This document shows positions 10,101 through 18,687 of a stretch of 49,822 nt of DNA, piece by piece; position 1 is the first letter of the stretch, and the number at the start of each line of letters is the position of its first letter. Source of the DNA: Rhodothermales bacterium (GTDB taxonomy: Bacteria; Bacteroidota; Rhodothermia; Rhodothermales; DASSAV01); assembly GCA_035699265.1 (NCBI GenBank), contig DASSAV010000055.1, forward strand, positions 1 through 49,822, written 5' to 3'. The translations under genes and the position numbers were made by a program. The notes under the pieces are model-generated. The model had not been told where the DNA came from. It searched no databases and saw only the letters and a program-made list of their open reading frames with translations.

Positions 10101-10310
10101 ACCCGAGAAGACGCGGATCGGAAGTGAAATGTCAGCCACTCCTTGCGCATTTTCTACTCGCGGAACGGCCTCGTACGAACTGTTCGACAACACGACGAGT
10201 GCGGCACGACGATGCAGAAGTTCTTGCGGGGACGGCATGCGCCATGCGTATGCGCCAACGAGCAAGAAAACAGAACTGGCAACGAGGAGGAAGGAACGTG
10301 CGCGTCGCAT
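7143..10310 (-). CDS. Large secreted multidomain protein of unknown function with a c-type heme-binding motif
   Basis: Signal-peptide-like N-terminus MRRARSFLLVASSVFLLVGAYA. CSDCH is encoded at 9486-9500 and is followed by ..FHGLSATQANQVAAYIRSL, which looks like a class-I cytochrome c helix. Two C-terminal repeats of about 80 aa start at L/VxLxxGWN (approximately 7455-7706 and 7236-7454). Confidence 0.7.
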   Translation of the reverse strand: MRRARSFLLVASSVFLLVGAYAWRMPSPQELLHRRAALVVLSNSSYEAVPRVENAQGVADISLPIRVFSGTGTATQSITVNVDNSDGKVDRLWLQVHEPSYKYGDGSRASEGLRYGDKSSPAGSPKMWVRVNGGEWVKVDNKTAICARNEVQLEGIGGGFETVRFTIRAAGVRNGANKIDFYFNGTEGFSSGFRVLNFNFLPGGYAGDLTEAAIDAAGAGRVTDNLVYEDFSRWTAPAGYGSAGQISEGKRVYETAPLVEFPGGPAIRASCSDCHASNGRDLKFYNFSNEAIVARSEFHGLSATQANQVAAYIRSLDFPAVGTPWDPPYQPGPTRKIPTMGDCIQGRPLDDLPQHCWAAGAGLGWVLENDEEMFPYLFPNGITQSAVDVDSTLNLRQLPISIELPDWNEWLPREHPKDVWRTDFTSSDVISSYKNLLRTIDGRAEQAKHDGSALKAIEEWGSSFLKFRQTTGQDDYFGGYGRSIAEDKAIADHTLGLGQWFVVKQWEIMTSYGLEDMAPLMYKYGEKRSWVGEYRSVFDVAPHILATGMLSRTWPHGSALQWTYFTTSWYQLQLILNAGNRAGISLRPVDWKYQFKFLHGPWSKEEPYRYLASYVKLLQQDNNENGVDDGDLKGWYWRHITPTWFFGDAPSKHRPLQSLGYPLEGRVLTPVMQTWIKKTMRHPPSDWTYREDGSMSGVTSASYQPTPYTGGKWWPGAYYADYLYRVIPALDGLGVTKSTLDSMAAWGAMMWPKGDWNSLVDHSDDSGAGGTIRVKAFASPINHAAYSLGEAITFSGTTTDDGSIVRMEGWADGNKLCEDETVPFSCTWTPQVALSYRCSIKFTDRQGNTISSELRSFDVLPKGVSVSHLTLTPGWNVVSLSTVPADTSIRAILSPVLADIVIVKDADGRVFSPEQGIAQLEFWSPGKAYMVYAKRELTLSIPGKALASQQMSVSLQKGWNWVPYLRSWDMDIEEALSSISSALVLATNSEGDVYYPASNINGIGMMYPGQGYKIFVERPCTLIYPANESYTSAIAAKRRVAQGNAGGAVRVDVNG

Positions 10311-10628
10311 GTAAAAACGTTAAGCCTATATCCAATAAAATTACACTTTGGGTACAATTGCAGAATGTGTGCCAGAAGACAGACTGCCCGTGTATCACGT
10401 GCAGTGCAAAGGGCCAGTTCGGGAGTTGGCAGCCATGCTTTCCGCTATAAACAATCGATTCTCGACGGGATCTCAAGGCATCGCGACGACGCGTTCTCGT
10501 ACCCACTTCCAGAACTGCGCATGGTCTACTTGCACACACGCGGGAACGTAGTGCGCATAGCGCCGGGATGGCACGTTCGCACACCTCTCTTCGCAAGCGC
10601 TCAGGGCTCTCCACTCATACGGCGCATG

Positions 10629-11543
10629 TTACCAGTTCTCATCCGCCTCATATCCAAGTTTCACGAGGAGGCCGCCATACTCGTCCTTAAAATACCGGAC
10701 GTGTTCCGGCGTGAAGTGGTTCTTCCAATCTCCGGGAATGCCCCGGCGATAATGGCTCGTGACGTCTTCCTGGCCACGCCGACGGCCGCCTGCCATCTTT
10801 GAGAAGTTCTTCTTCTGGATGATGCCCTCCAGGGCAGAAGCACTGATGCGTGACAGCCTGCGCCGCGGCACGGGAAACATGGGCACCTGGCCGGGCATAA
10901 AGCGGCGGCCCCTCTGGTTCAACCGGTTCATTTTCAGGCTCGCCATCCCGATCCATCTGCGAACCCCTTCAGGTTCGTCTTGATCGAGTAAATCGAGGAA
11001 CTGTGCCACCCGCGTAAAACCGCGCACAGGATCCATTGTGAGTTCCTCCATTTTCAACTCCAGGATATGCTCCTGGCCATAATCCCAAGTGAACATCTCC
11101 TTAAGGTTCGGCCGGCTAAACTCCATCTCCAGAAGCAGCCCTTCCTCCTTCGGAACGTTCTGCAGCGCCGTTCTATGAGCCTCGAGTTCGGGCCAATTCC
11201 TGGTCGGATGGCTATAGAGATGGGAAAAGAAAGCGGAAACGATCACGTCCCTCGGATCGCGCACGACGTGAAAACCCCGATATACGCGCAAGCCATTTAC
11301 ATAGCTGCGGTTGGCATTCGTGTAGGCTAGAAAGTCTGTTCGATGATGATCGACAAACCCCTCCAGTGACCCCATGCCCTCAAAATGGATGGGTTGATGC
11401 ACGATATTGAACTTAATCCCCATATGGAAACAGATTTCCATGAGGACACCGTCGACCCATCCGGTTGCGCATTTGTGATGCCCGAAAAAAGCGCGCAGTG
11501 GAAAATCGCTTCCGATATTCCGGCGCCCCATCTCCTCCTCCAT
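10629..11543 (-). CDS. Sulfotransferase (Sulfotransfer_1-like)
   Basis: FFGHHKCATG (5'-PSB-like), FHVVRDPRDVIVSAFFSH (3'-PB) and the classic RRGIPGDWKNHFT motif. Alternative ATG starts lie at 11531 and 11603, and a GTG at 11651. Confidence 0.8.
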   Translation of the reverse strand: MEEEMGRRNIGSDFPLRAFFGHHKCATGWVDGVLMEICFHMGIKFNIVHQPIHFEGMGSLEGFVDHHRTDFLAYTNANRSYVNGLRVYRGFHVVRDPRDVIVSAFFSHLYSHPTRNWPELEAHRTALQNVPKEEGLLLEMEFSRPNLKEMFTWDYGQEHILELKMEELTMDPVRGFTRVAQFLDLLDQDEPEGVRRWIGMASLKMNRLNQRGRRFMPGQVPMFPVPRRRLSRISASALEGIIQKKNFSKMAGGRRRGQEDVTSHYRRGIPGDWKNHFTPEHVRYFKDEYGGLLVKLGYEADENW

Positions 11544-11889
11544 CTCACGTCCCGCATCGGTTGTTTTTCCGGGTAAAGCCGTCACGACCTGAAGCGTACG
11601 CATCAACTTATCCCGACAGGTTCTGCACGGGTGTCGCCCGGCACAGACCACTGCAACGATTCTCTTGCACGAGCCACGGGCTGCTCAGACGTGGTGAGAC
11701 CTCCGGGGAAATGGCGAGGCCCGACCGGTATGCTGGCCCGATCCCTTGCACTGCAAGTTGCAGCACGAGTACAGCCGGGCGCAAAACTTACTTACGCTGT
11801 CTGTGGCTCCGAGTGCCATCAGCAGAAAGTCGTACCACCGAGGCCAATTACATGACTCGCCTAATGCACCACCACGTCACGATATCCTA

Positions 11890-12594
11890 CTATTCGCCCT
11901 TGTGCAGTTCGTAATGTACACCGATGCCTCCCTTATTGTCGTCATAATACCCCGGCACCAGGATGCCCCTGTCATGATCGGCAAATCCAAGAAACAGACG
12001 TGTAGCACCCGCTGGCACGAAAAAATGCTGCACCTTGCCACTGGCGCTACGACCGTCGCCAATGAAGAATACCTGCCCGACATTTACGTTCTTCACCTCA
12101 TCCATGCCACCCATCTCCGTAAGGTCGAGACTGTCCGGCGCAGGCGGGGATGGAGCGGCATCACCCAGAAAGACCCCGGCGAGAAACATGAAGCGTTCGC
12201 GGTGCAAGACTCCGGTGATCCCACCATACGAACTCATTCTGGTCTCGCCGGTGTCGTTACCCTCCGGCCCCGTAAAATCGTACATCGTGATGTTAGGAGT
12301 GACACTGTCGGTAACTTCTGTAAAGGTCAAGTAGGTTGCATCTTCAAGCCGAATCAGCTCGGGTACAAGACCGCCGCCTCCCGTAAGATCAGGAACTTCC
12401 GCGGCCCCGGCCGCAAAGATGTTCGCTCTGGCAGAGACCACAAGCAGCCCTTTGATCGGCTTGGGACCGTTGTCTCCGGCTGAATCGCAGGCAGCGAGGA
12501 ATATTACGCAGCTAGCTATCAGGAGTGCAACGGGCACGCCAGGCACGCTCAGGTGTGTCGAAAAAGCTGGCTTCCTCATAGGCCTGTCAGTCAT
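11890..12594 (-). CDS. Lipoprotein of unknown function
   Basis: Signal peptide plus lipobox (VIFLAAC-DS). The C-terminal part, FFIGDGRSASGKVQHFFVPAGATRLFLGFADHD..GYYDDNKGG, suggests a beta-sandwich or lectin-like module at pattern level only. Confidence 0.55.
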   Translation of the reverse strand: MTDRPMRKPAFSTHLSVPGVPVALLIASCVIFLAACDSAGDNGPKPIKGLLVVSARANIFAAGAAEVPDLTGGGGLVPELIRLEDATYLTFTEVTDSVTPNITMYDFTGPEGNDTGETRMSSYGGITGVLHRERFMFLAGVFLGDAAPSPPAPDSLDLTEMGGMDEVKNVNVGQVFFIGDGRSASGKVQHFFVPAGATRLFLGFADHDRGILVPGYYDDNKGGIGVHYELHKGE

Positions 12595-13189
12595 ACGGAT
12601 AGTGGGATTTTACGGAAGGTGTACGGCAGAGGCTATTAGGCGGCTGTCTCCGACCAGACCATCTTTAGCAAACTGGACCACAATTACGGATACTACTGGC
12701 CCAAGGGAGCCTGGTCCGGATCACGAAAGGTATATACACCGGCTCGTCGCCTGCGGAATAACCTGCCCCTGCGAGAACACCTCGTAGCACGTTCTTTCAT
12801 TGCGGGAGATCCGTATAAAGAGTGAGGATCTTGCAACTGCATCTACTTTCCTCCGATTCCAAAGGGATCCACTTTGAACTGGTCACTGTAATGCGTGGTG
12901 GATCCGTGACGTATACACAGATCTGGATATTGCCGCTGTCGGGACGTGATTACATTTGCGAGTGCTCGTAGTCCTATTCCCTGCTGCTCATTATCCAGGA
13001 TGACCATTCGCTATGAGAAGGGGCCACATATGGCTCGCCATCTTTCAAGGTGAAGCGAAAGCCATATCTGATCGTCAGTCTCTTTTACGACCCCGGCAGC
13101 CTCTGTACATTCGAATTGTAAAACGCTTTGACCGTTCGGCGAGGCTTCGGTGGAACAAGCGGCCATTTGCCGAGCTTACATTTTCCTAA
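12595..13189. promoter_or_regulatory. Long, lower-GC divergent intergenic region with presumed promoters for 12594<- and 13190->
   Basis: About 595 bp without a convincing ORF, lying between divergent start codons. Confidence 0.3.
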
Positions 13190-14392
13190 ATGCCGACCTA
13201 CCCTGTGAAAAACGAGACGGCGGCCTCAAAGAAAAAGCCACGCGTGCTTTTCGTAGCCGGTATCCTGGGAAAGAACGGGATCTCCTCTCACATTAGGACG
13301 CTGGCGGAAGGGTTGCTCGCACGTGAGTGGGACGTAGGCATTGCTGCATCCGAGCTGAAGGATGGTGCACCTTTGAGCCGTGAGTTCATGGCTTCGCGCG
13401 GCATAGCGTATTTCCAGGTGCCTTTCCCGGATTTCATCAGATCGTCTGGCAACCTCGGTAATGCGCTAAAGTCCACGTTCAGGATGAACGCTGCGGCCCG
13501 ATCTTTTAAGCCAGACGTAATCCACGTACATGGTCTCGGCACCGTTCCTTTCGCCTACGTCACGGGGCGTTTCCGCAAAATTCCGCTCGTTTCGACGTGC
13601 CATAACACACCTCCTCCCCGCACGGAGGCCCTAGCCCGCAAGCTATCGGGGGCAAACAAGTACCTGAACGCGATTCTCGGCAACCGGGTCATCGCCATCA
13701 GCCGTGATATGCAAACCGTGATGGAGGACCTGTGGAAGGTTCAGCCACGCCGGGTGAAGCTGATCCTACATGGAGTGGAGGGGTCGCACTTCCGCCCTCC
13801 CTCGGTTTCCGAAAGAATCACTGCGCGCCGATCCTTCAACCTTCGACCGGAGGACAAGGTCGTGTGCCTCGTTGGGCGTCTCGACCACACAAAGGGGCAT
13901 GACGTCCTCCTCCGGGCCATCGCGAGACTTCGATCTGATGGCTGTTCTGCGGTGGCCTTGTTCGGCGGAGTTGGACCCTTGAAATCGGCCATCGAGAGAA
14001 TGGCAAAGGACCTCGGCGTAGCTGATCAGGTGCACCTGCTCGGGTTCACGGATGCACGTACGGTACTCTGGGCGTCGGACGCTTTCGTACTCCCCAGCCG
14101 TAGAGAAGGCTTCCCGCTCGTCATTTTGGAGGCCATGTTGTGCGGTGTCGTTCCCATTCGCACCCCGGCCGCCGGTGCATTCGAGCAGATTGAAGATGCG
14201 GTCAATGGCTTCATCGTACCTTTCGATGATGACGAGAACCTGGCGCAGCGTCTGAGCCAGGTTCTCGGGAACAGCGAGCTTCGATCCCGCATGTCGCAAT
14301 CTTCTGTCGAGCGTGCACGCCGGAAGTTCACGTCCGAAATAATGCTGGACGAGACCGTCGCCACATATAGAGAAGTGGGAGCGGTTCTTTAG
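13190..14392 (+). CDS. GT4 (GT-B) glycosyltransferase
   Basis: RVLFVAGILGKNGISSHIRTLAEGL; EGFPLVILEAMLCGVVPIRTPAAGAFEQIEDAVNGFIVP (E-x7-E). Confidence 0.85.
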   Translation: MPTYPVKNETAASKKKPRVLFVAGILGKNGISSHIRTLAEGLLAREWDVGIAASELKDGAPLSREFMASRGIAYFQVPFPDFIRSSGNLGNALKSTFRMNAAARSFKPDVIHVHGLGTVPFAYVTGRFRKIPLVSTCHNTPPPRTEALARKLSGANKYLNAILGNRVIAISRDMQTVMEDLWKVQPRRVKLILHGVEGSHFRPPSVSERITARRSFNLRPEDKVVCLVGRLDHTKGHDVLLRAIARLRSDGCSAVALFGGVGPLKSAIERMAKDLGVADQVHLLGFTDARTVLWASDAFVLPSRREGFPLVILEAMLCGVVPIRTPAAGAFEQIEDAVNGFIVPFDDDENLAQRLSQVLGNSELRSRMSQSSVERARRKFTSEIMLDETVATYREVGAVL

Positions 14393-14460
14393 CGATCGCC
14401 TGATAAGGAATCCTGACCGGTGAGGGGCCGCAGCCGCTCCCCTGTTCCGTACCACAGACA

Positions 14461-15555
14461 TCAGCTCCTGTCCGATGAACCTCGCCGAAGCAGATAGATC
14501 TGGAAGAGATGGATGTAATACGGCAGTCGATCCCTCCTGCGCTCCCGCATCCTCAAATGAAAATGCGCGCGCCGTATACCGGGGAAGTTCCTCTCTTGCG
14601 GGATGATGTCGCACCGCACGATGTTCGCGAGGGATTTCACACCTGCATCGTTGCCGATGCCATCACGGACTGCTTCCGGCAGATCGACACCCAGAAATTC
14701 GCCTGCCAGATGGAGCCCCAGGAATAACATGCGCTTGCAACGAATCCGGTCGGCTTCTGCCAGGACAAAATCCCAATCCAGATCTGGTCGTGCACGGACG
14801 AGTTCAGCAACGTCGCAGACCCAGATGAGGCGCGCCCAGAAGCTCTTGGACCCGTGCGCACATAGGTAAAGCAAAAGATCCTCCGTCGAGAAAGTCCGCA
14901 CCGTCGCTCCGCCCAGATACGTCGTCGTGGATCGTTCCCAGAGGCGTTCTGTCTCAAGTGTAAACGCATGCACTTTGTTGAGTAGAGCCCAGTGGATTTC
15001 GACGGCTGCCCGGTTCTGCTTGACGAACTCATAGCCCATCTGCGTCTCGATAAACCTGAGTTCCTGCTCCGGGCTCATCTTCCGATACGGCTGGTACCCA
15101 TCTTCTGCAAGTACCGCCTTCGCACACGGCACATCTTTACGCTGCACGAGAACGTCGAGGTCCGAGAACTGCCTGAGCGAGAGGTTTCGGTAAATGTCGG
15201 CGGCAAGGACGGGGCCCTTAAAGGGAAGGACGAGTACCCCATGACTCTCCAGCAGTTTTATCACGCGCAGAAGCTCTTGTGTTCTGGTGAGATTCCGAAA
15301 TGCAATCCGCCTGCACCGGGCGAGCAGGTCTTGCAAAACAGGCGCCGGAACACGATCACCAAAAGACCCTCGCAGCGTCTGGTGAAGAAGCGAGGTTACG
15401 CCATGTGTATTGGACAATGCGAGCAGGCGCTTCCAATCCACACCATCGTCGAGGCAGGCACGGATCCGTTCCCTCACATCGTCCTCGAGATGCGTCCGAG
15501 CACAGAGAAGCATGAGTGATACTTCACGCGTCATATTCATGCGTGCGCCGCGCAC
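14461..15555 (-). CDS. Uncharacterised nucleotidyltransferase family protein (PF14907/NTP_transf_5-like)
   Basis: DWKRLLALSNTHGVTSLLHQTL and VLPFKGPVLAADIYRNLSLRQFSDLDVLVQRKDVPCAKAVLAEDGY match my memory of this family. It is the last gene of the long minus-strand train. Confidence 0.6.
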   Translation of the reverse strand: MRGARMNMTREVSLMLLCARTHLEDDVRERIRACLDDGVDWKRLLALSNTHGVTSLLHQTLRGSFGDRVPAPVLQDLLARCRRIAFRNLTRTQELLRVIKLLESHGVLVLPFKGPVLAADIYRNLSLRQFSDLDVLVQRKDVPCAKAVLAEDGYQPYRKMSPEQELRFIETQMGYEFVKQNRAAVEIHWALLNKVHAFTLETERLWERSTTTYLGGATVRTFSTEDLLLYLCAHGSKSFWARLIWVCDVAELVRARPDLDWDFVLAEADRIRCKRMLFLGLHLAGEFLGVDLPEAVRDGIGNDAGVKSLANIVRCDIIPQERNFPGIRRAHFHLRMRERRRDRLPYYIHLFQIYLLRRGSSDRS

Positions 15556-15626
15556 GGCATAGGGACTGCCGTACCCTTCGTATCTGTTTGCGCTTGGTTT
15601 CTTGCGTGAGATGCCAGGATTTCACT

Positions 15627-16349
15627 TTACGTCGTAGACCGTGCGACGCCGAAGGGTTCCAACCGCTGGTAGACGTGTTCGGCCCGGACGAGCAGGCGCT
15701 GGCATCGGGGGCGTTCAAATTCCCGTGCCTTCTCTGCTTTTATCTCCCTGCGCCTGGCCCCGTCGGCAGCATGCTGCTCCGGCTTTCGGAGAGCCCGCAC
15801 GTCGATCTCAGTATGCTCGAACGGAACGAAGTCGGTGTTATAGCGGCGGTTGACCTCAAGTATTACGTCGTCGAGGTGGCTCGTTGTCTGATCGAATGTG
15901 CTGAGCACGAAGGAGCCGGCGTATGGCTCCAGCTTTTCATAGTACCGTACGTAGCTTCGCAACGCTTGCCGTACCGTGACATAAGGCCAGCGGCTGGTCA
16001 GCGACAGGACCGCCTGCCTGGGTTCTCGAATCGTGATGAGCGTGGGGAGGCCCTGTTGTAGCGCTCTTATGACCTGTGCCGGCGCATGGAGATGATGTGC
16101 CAGCATGACAGGCTCCTTCTGACTTTTTTTGAATGCCACGGTGGCAAAGCTATTTCCTGATCCCTGAAATCCATCCAGCACGAACTCAGTATGCGGTCCT
16201 ACCCGGCATTCCGCCACGTCGATGTGCCTGCCTACTTTCTGCTGCGTCCACCAGACGACCATCAAGTGGGGCAGCGCCAGCGCAGGCTCGCGCGCGAGCA
16301 AGGCACGCACCTCGAACTTCAACTGAAGCAACTGCGTCTTCATCAGCAT
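15627..16349 (-). CDS. Sulfotransferase-fold-like protein (weak)
   Basis: DGFQGSGNSFATVAF (P-loop-like) and ITIREPRQAVLSL (R-x-P...S). Its ATG overlaps the upstream stop codon (TAATG at 16347-16351). Confidence 0.4.
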   Translation of the reverse strand: MLMKTQLLQLKFEVRALLAREPALALPHLMVVWWTQQKVGRHIDVAECRVGPHTEFVLDGFQGSGNSFATVAFKKSQKEPVMLAHHLHAPAQVIRALQQGLPTLITIREPRQAVLSLTSRWPYVTVRQALRSYVRYYEKLEPYAGSFVLSTFDQTTSHLDDVILEVNRRYNTDFVPFEHTEIDVRALRKPEQHAADGARRREIKAEKAREFERPRCQRLLVRAEHVYQRLEPFGVARSTT

Positions 16350-17524
16350 TACCGATGAACTCCTTTCCGGGACGTTACCTGATGGATTTGCCCATCCAGC
16401 GCCTGCAACATGCGCTCCACTGAGAAGTCCCCGAGAGCAGCCTCCTGCGCAGCACTGGCAAGGCTCTCCGCATAACCCCCATCCCTAAGGAGTCGATCTA
16501 GTACGGCGCTCAGCGACGACGGATCTTCGGGAGGTACGAGGCACCCCGTTTTTCCTGGTTCGATGATTTCAAGCGCACCGCCCCCCCGCATGGCCACGAC
16601 AGGCTTGCGCGCCAGCATGCCCTCGACGATCACCCGCCCGAACGGCTCTGGCAATACGGAAGTGTGCACCACCACGTCGACTACCTGCATAAGTTGAGGA
16701 ATGTCGCGCCGAAAACCGAGGAAGTGCACCCTTCCCACGAGATCCGGCTGTCTGGCCTTTTGCCTCAAAGCCTCCTCATAGGCGTGATCCTCCTGAAATA
16801 ACGGACTACCTACGATGAGCGCATGCACCCCTGGCAGTCCCCGCAGGGCATCAAGAAGAATATGCTGGCCTTTCCACGACGCCAGTCGGCTGAACACCCC
16901 CACTACCGGCACACCCGCCAGACCGAGTGCAACACGCATTTCCGCTGCCTCGCGCGGGGTGACACGCAAGAACGGCGCCGGATCGACACCGTTGTATACG
17001 GTGGCGACCCGGTCTGAACGCACCCCGATTTCAAGCAGGGCTGCACGTGTCGCCTCTGAGTTGGCAATCACCCGTGTGGTGAGCAGATTGGCGAAGGCTG
17101 CCACAAGCCTGCAATGCGTGGGGCTGAAGTGGTCTCTCGTCATCAAATCCCGCAAATGCCAGACGACGGGCTTACGGGCGATCACGCCGGCAAGTGCAGC
17201 TACAATCATCGACTTTTGTGAATTGGCGTAGAGCAGGTCGAAATCACGTGCCAGTTGAGCCAGGCGCCACGACAGCCCTAACACCCAGGGGATGGATTTG
17301 AGATCCTGCATCAATCCTCCCTCTCGCACTACTTTACGTATGGCGTCGCCACCTCCGAGAACCTGGACGTCGACCCCCGCCTGAGTGAGCCCCTCTCTAA
17401 AAGGCCCGTCCTCGAACACGACGACACGGCTCGTCCCGCGAAAATGCCGGACGATATCCAGAAGCGATAGCTCGCCGCCTCCAAGCACACCGCTGTGATT
17501 GACGAAGAGGAGACGAGGACTCAC
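16349..17524 (-). CDS. GT4 glycosyltransferase
   Basis: RLLFVNHSGVLGGGELSLLDIV; EPFGRVIVEGMLARKPVVAMRGGGALEIIEPGKTGCLVP. Confidence 0.85.
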   Translation of the reverse strand: MSPRLLFVNHSGVLGGGELSLLDIVRHFRGTSRVVVFEDGPFREGLTQAGVDVQVLGGGDAIRKVVREGGLMQDLKSIPWVLGLSWRLAQLARDFDLLYANSQKSMIVAALAGVIARKPVVWHLRDLMTRDHFSPTHCRLVAAFANLLTTRVIANSEATRAALLEIGVRSDRVATVYNGVDPAPFLRVTPREAAEMRVALGLAGVPVVGVFSRLASWKGQHILLDALRGLPGVHALIVGSPLFQEDHAYEEALRQKARQPDLVGRVHFLGFRRDIPQLMQVVDVVVHTSVLPEPFGRVIVEGMLARKPVVAMRGGGALEIIEPGKTGCLVPPEDPSSLSAVLDRLLRDGGYAESLASAAQEAALGDFSVERMLQALDGQIHQVTSRKGVHR

Positions 17525-18687
17525 GGTAGAAGCTCTTCGTAAACGGTCCGAGTCCGCGCAGCAATAACAGGCCAGTCAAAGTGCGCGCGCGCGTAAGCCT
17601 GGCAGGCGGTCGCAGATGGCAGCTTGAGATCGCCCATGATCGCCGCGGACAGGTGCTCGCCGATATTCTCGGCTCTCGTACCGCAAAGGACGAGATCCCG
17701 GCTAAGCCCCCTCACCGCCTCGGGTAAACCTCCGACGGGCGTAACGAGCACCGGCGTACCGGTAGCCAGCGATTCAACCGTAACCAGGCCAAATCCTTCT
17801 AGTGCGATCGATGGCACCACCGTTACGTCTGCTGCTCGATAAGCCAGCGGGAGGTCTGATTCCGGAACGTAACCGAGCAGCTTGATCTGTTGGCCGAGGC
17901 CGGCCGCTTCTACCCGGGCGGCGAGTTCGGCGGTCAGGAGGCCTTTACCGGCAATGTAGAGGACGGCTTCCGGAACGCGCCGGCGCACGACATGCATCGC
18001 CTCGATCAAGTTCTCCAGTCCCATGCGGCGCGCCAACCTCCTTACTGACAACATGATCGGTCGGTCTGCCGGCCACCCGAGTCGCGCGCGCGCCTCCGCG
18101 CGCGTGCACGAGATCGTAAACTGATTTACCTCCACGCCCCCGGGAATGATGCGGATGCGTTCCTCCGGAACGGCATAATGCTGTTGCAGCAGTCTCCCGA
18201 AAGCCTCAGAGAGCACGATGAAACGAGCGCCCCGCCGGTAGACGGCCTGCTCGACGGCCGCTTTCAACCTGACTGCCAGGGCATGCGCTCCTTCCACGCG
18301 GCCTTCATGTGCCCACGGTCCGTGGAAATGAATCACGAGCGGCTTGCCATGTAATTGATCGAGAATCGGAAACGTGTAGAGTGCAAAATGTGAAGCGATC
18401 AGGTCGTACTCGGTTGCGTCCACTTCACGCTGTACCCTCTTGCGAATAGCCAGCAGTCGGCGGATCAGTGGCGCCGCATCCGATGCAAATGCTCTTACTG
18501 GTTCGTCTGACCCGATCCCGGTGCCCGGGGACCCTGCCACGAGGCCCGTAAAGTGTACGTCTACGCCTGGTAAGTGGCGAGCAAGCGCATGATAGACGCG
18601 GTCTAATCCGTTTCCGGCCTGCTCCGGAAACCAGCTCATCCCCAGTTGCAGGGTATGGATGCTGCCGTTCGTCCTGGAAGGGGCCAT
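17521..18687 (-). CDS. GT4 glycosyltransferase
   Basis: EGFGLVTVESLATGTPVLVTPVGGLPEAV. I chose the start at 18687 because its ATG overlaps the asnB stop codon (TGATG at 18685-18689). The track ORF extends to 18750. Confidence 0.8.
   Translation of the reverse strand: MAPSRTNGSIHTLQLGMSWFPEQAGNGLDRVYHALARHLPGVDVHFTGLVAGSPGTGIGSDEPVRAFASDAAPLIRRLLAIRKRVQREVDATEYDLIASHFALYTFPILDQLHGKPLVIHFHGPWAHEGRVEGAHALAVRLKAAVEQAVYRRGARFIVLSEAFGRLLQQHYAVPEERIRIIPGGVEVNQFTISCTRAEARARLGWPADRPIMLSVRRLARRMGLENLIEAMHVVRRRVPEAVLYIAGKGLLTAELAARVEAAGLGQQIKLLGYVPESDLPLAYRAADVTVVPSIALEGFGLVTVESLATGTPVLVTPVGGLPEAVRGLSRDLVLCGTRAENIGEHLSAAIMGDLKLPSATACQAYARAHFDWPVIAARTRTVYEELLP

Noticed and set aside
12865-12905. Inverted repeat GGATCCAC-N25-GTGGATCC as a possible operator.
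   Set aside because: It has only 8 bp arms containing BamHI-like palindromes and I cannot assess conservation. It is too weak to call as a feature.
12843-13007. 54-codon minus-strand ORF (MVILDNEQQGIGLRALANVITSRQ...) in the long intergenic region.
   Set aside because: It is short, has no recognisable motif, and starts immediately after an in-frame stop. I cannot tell it apart from chance, so it is noted only as something for blastx.
14393-14460. Bidirectional terminator between the convergent genes 13190-14392 and 14461-15555 (AGGGG...CCCCT at 14423-14443).
   Set aside because: The stem is only about 5 bp, the interior is poorly paired, and there is no T-tract on either side.
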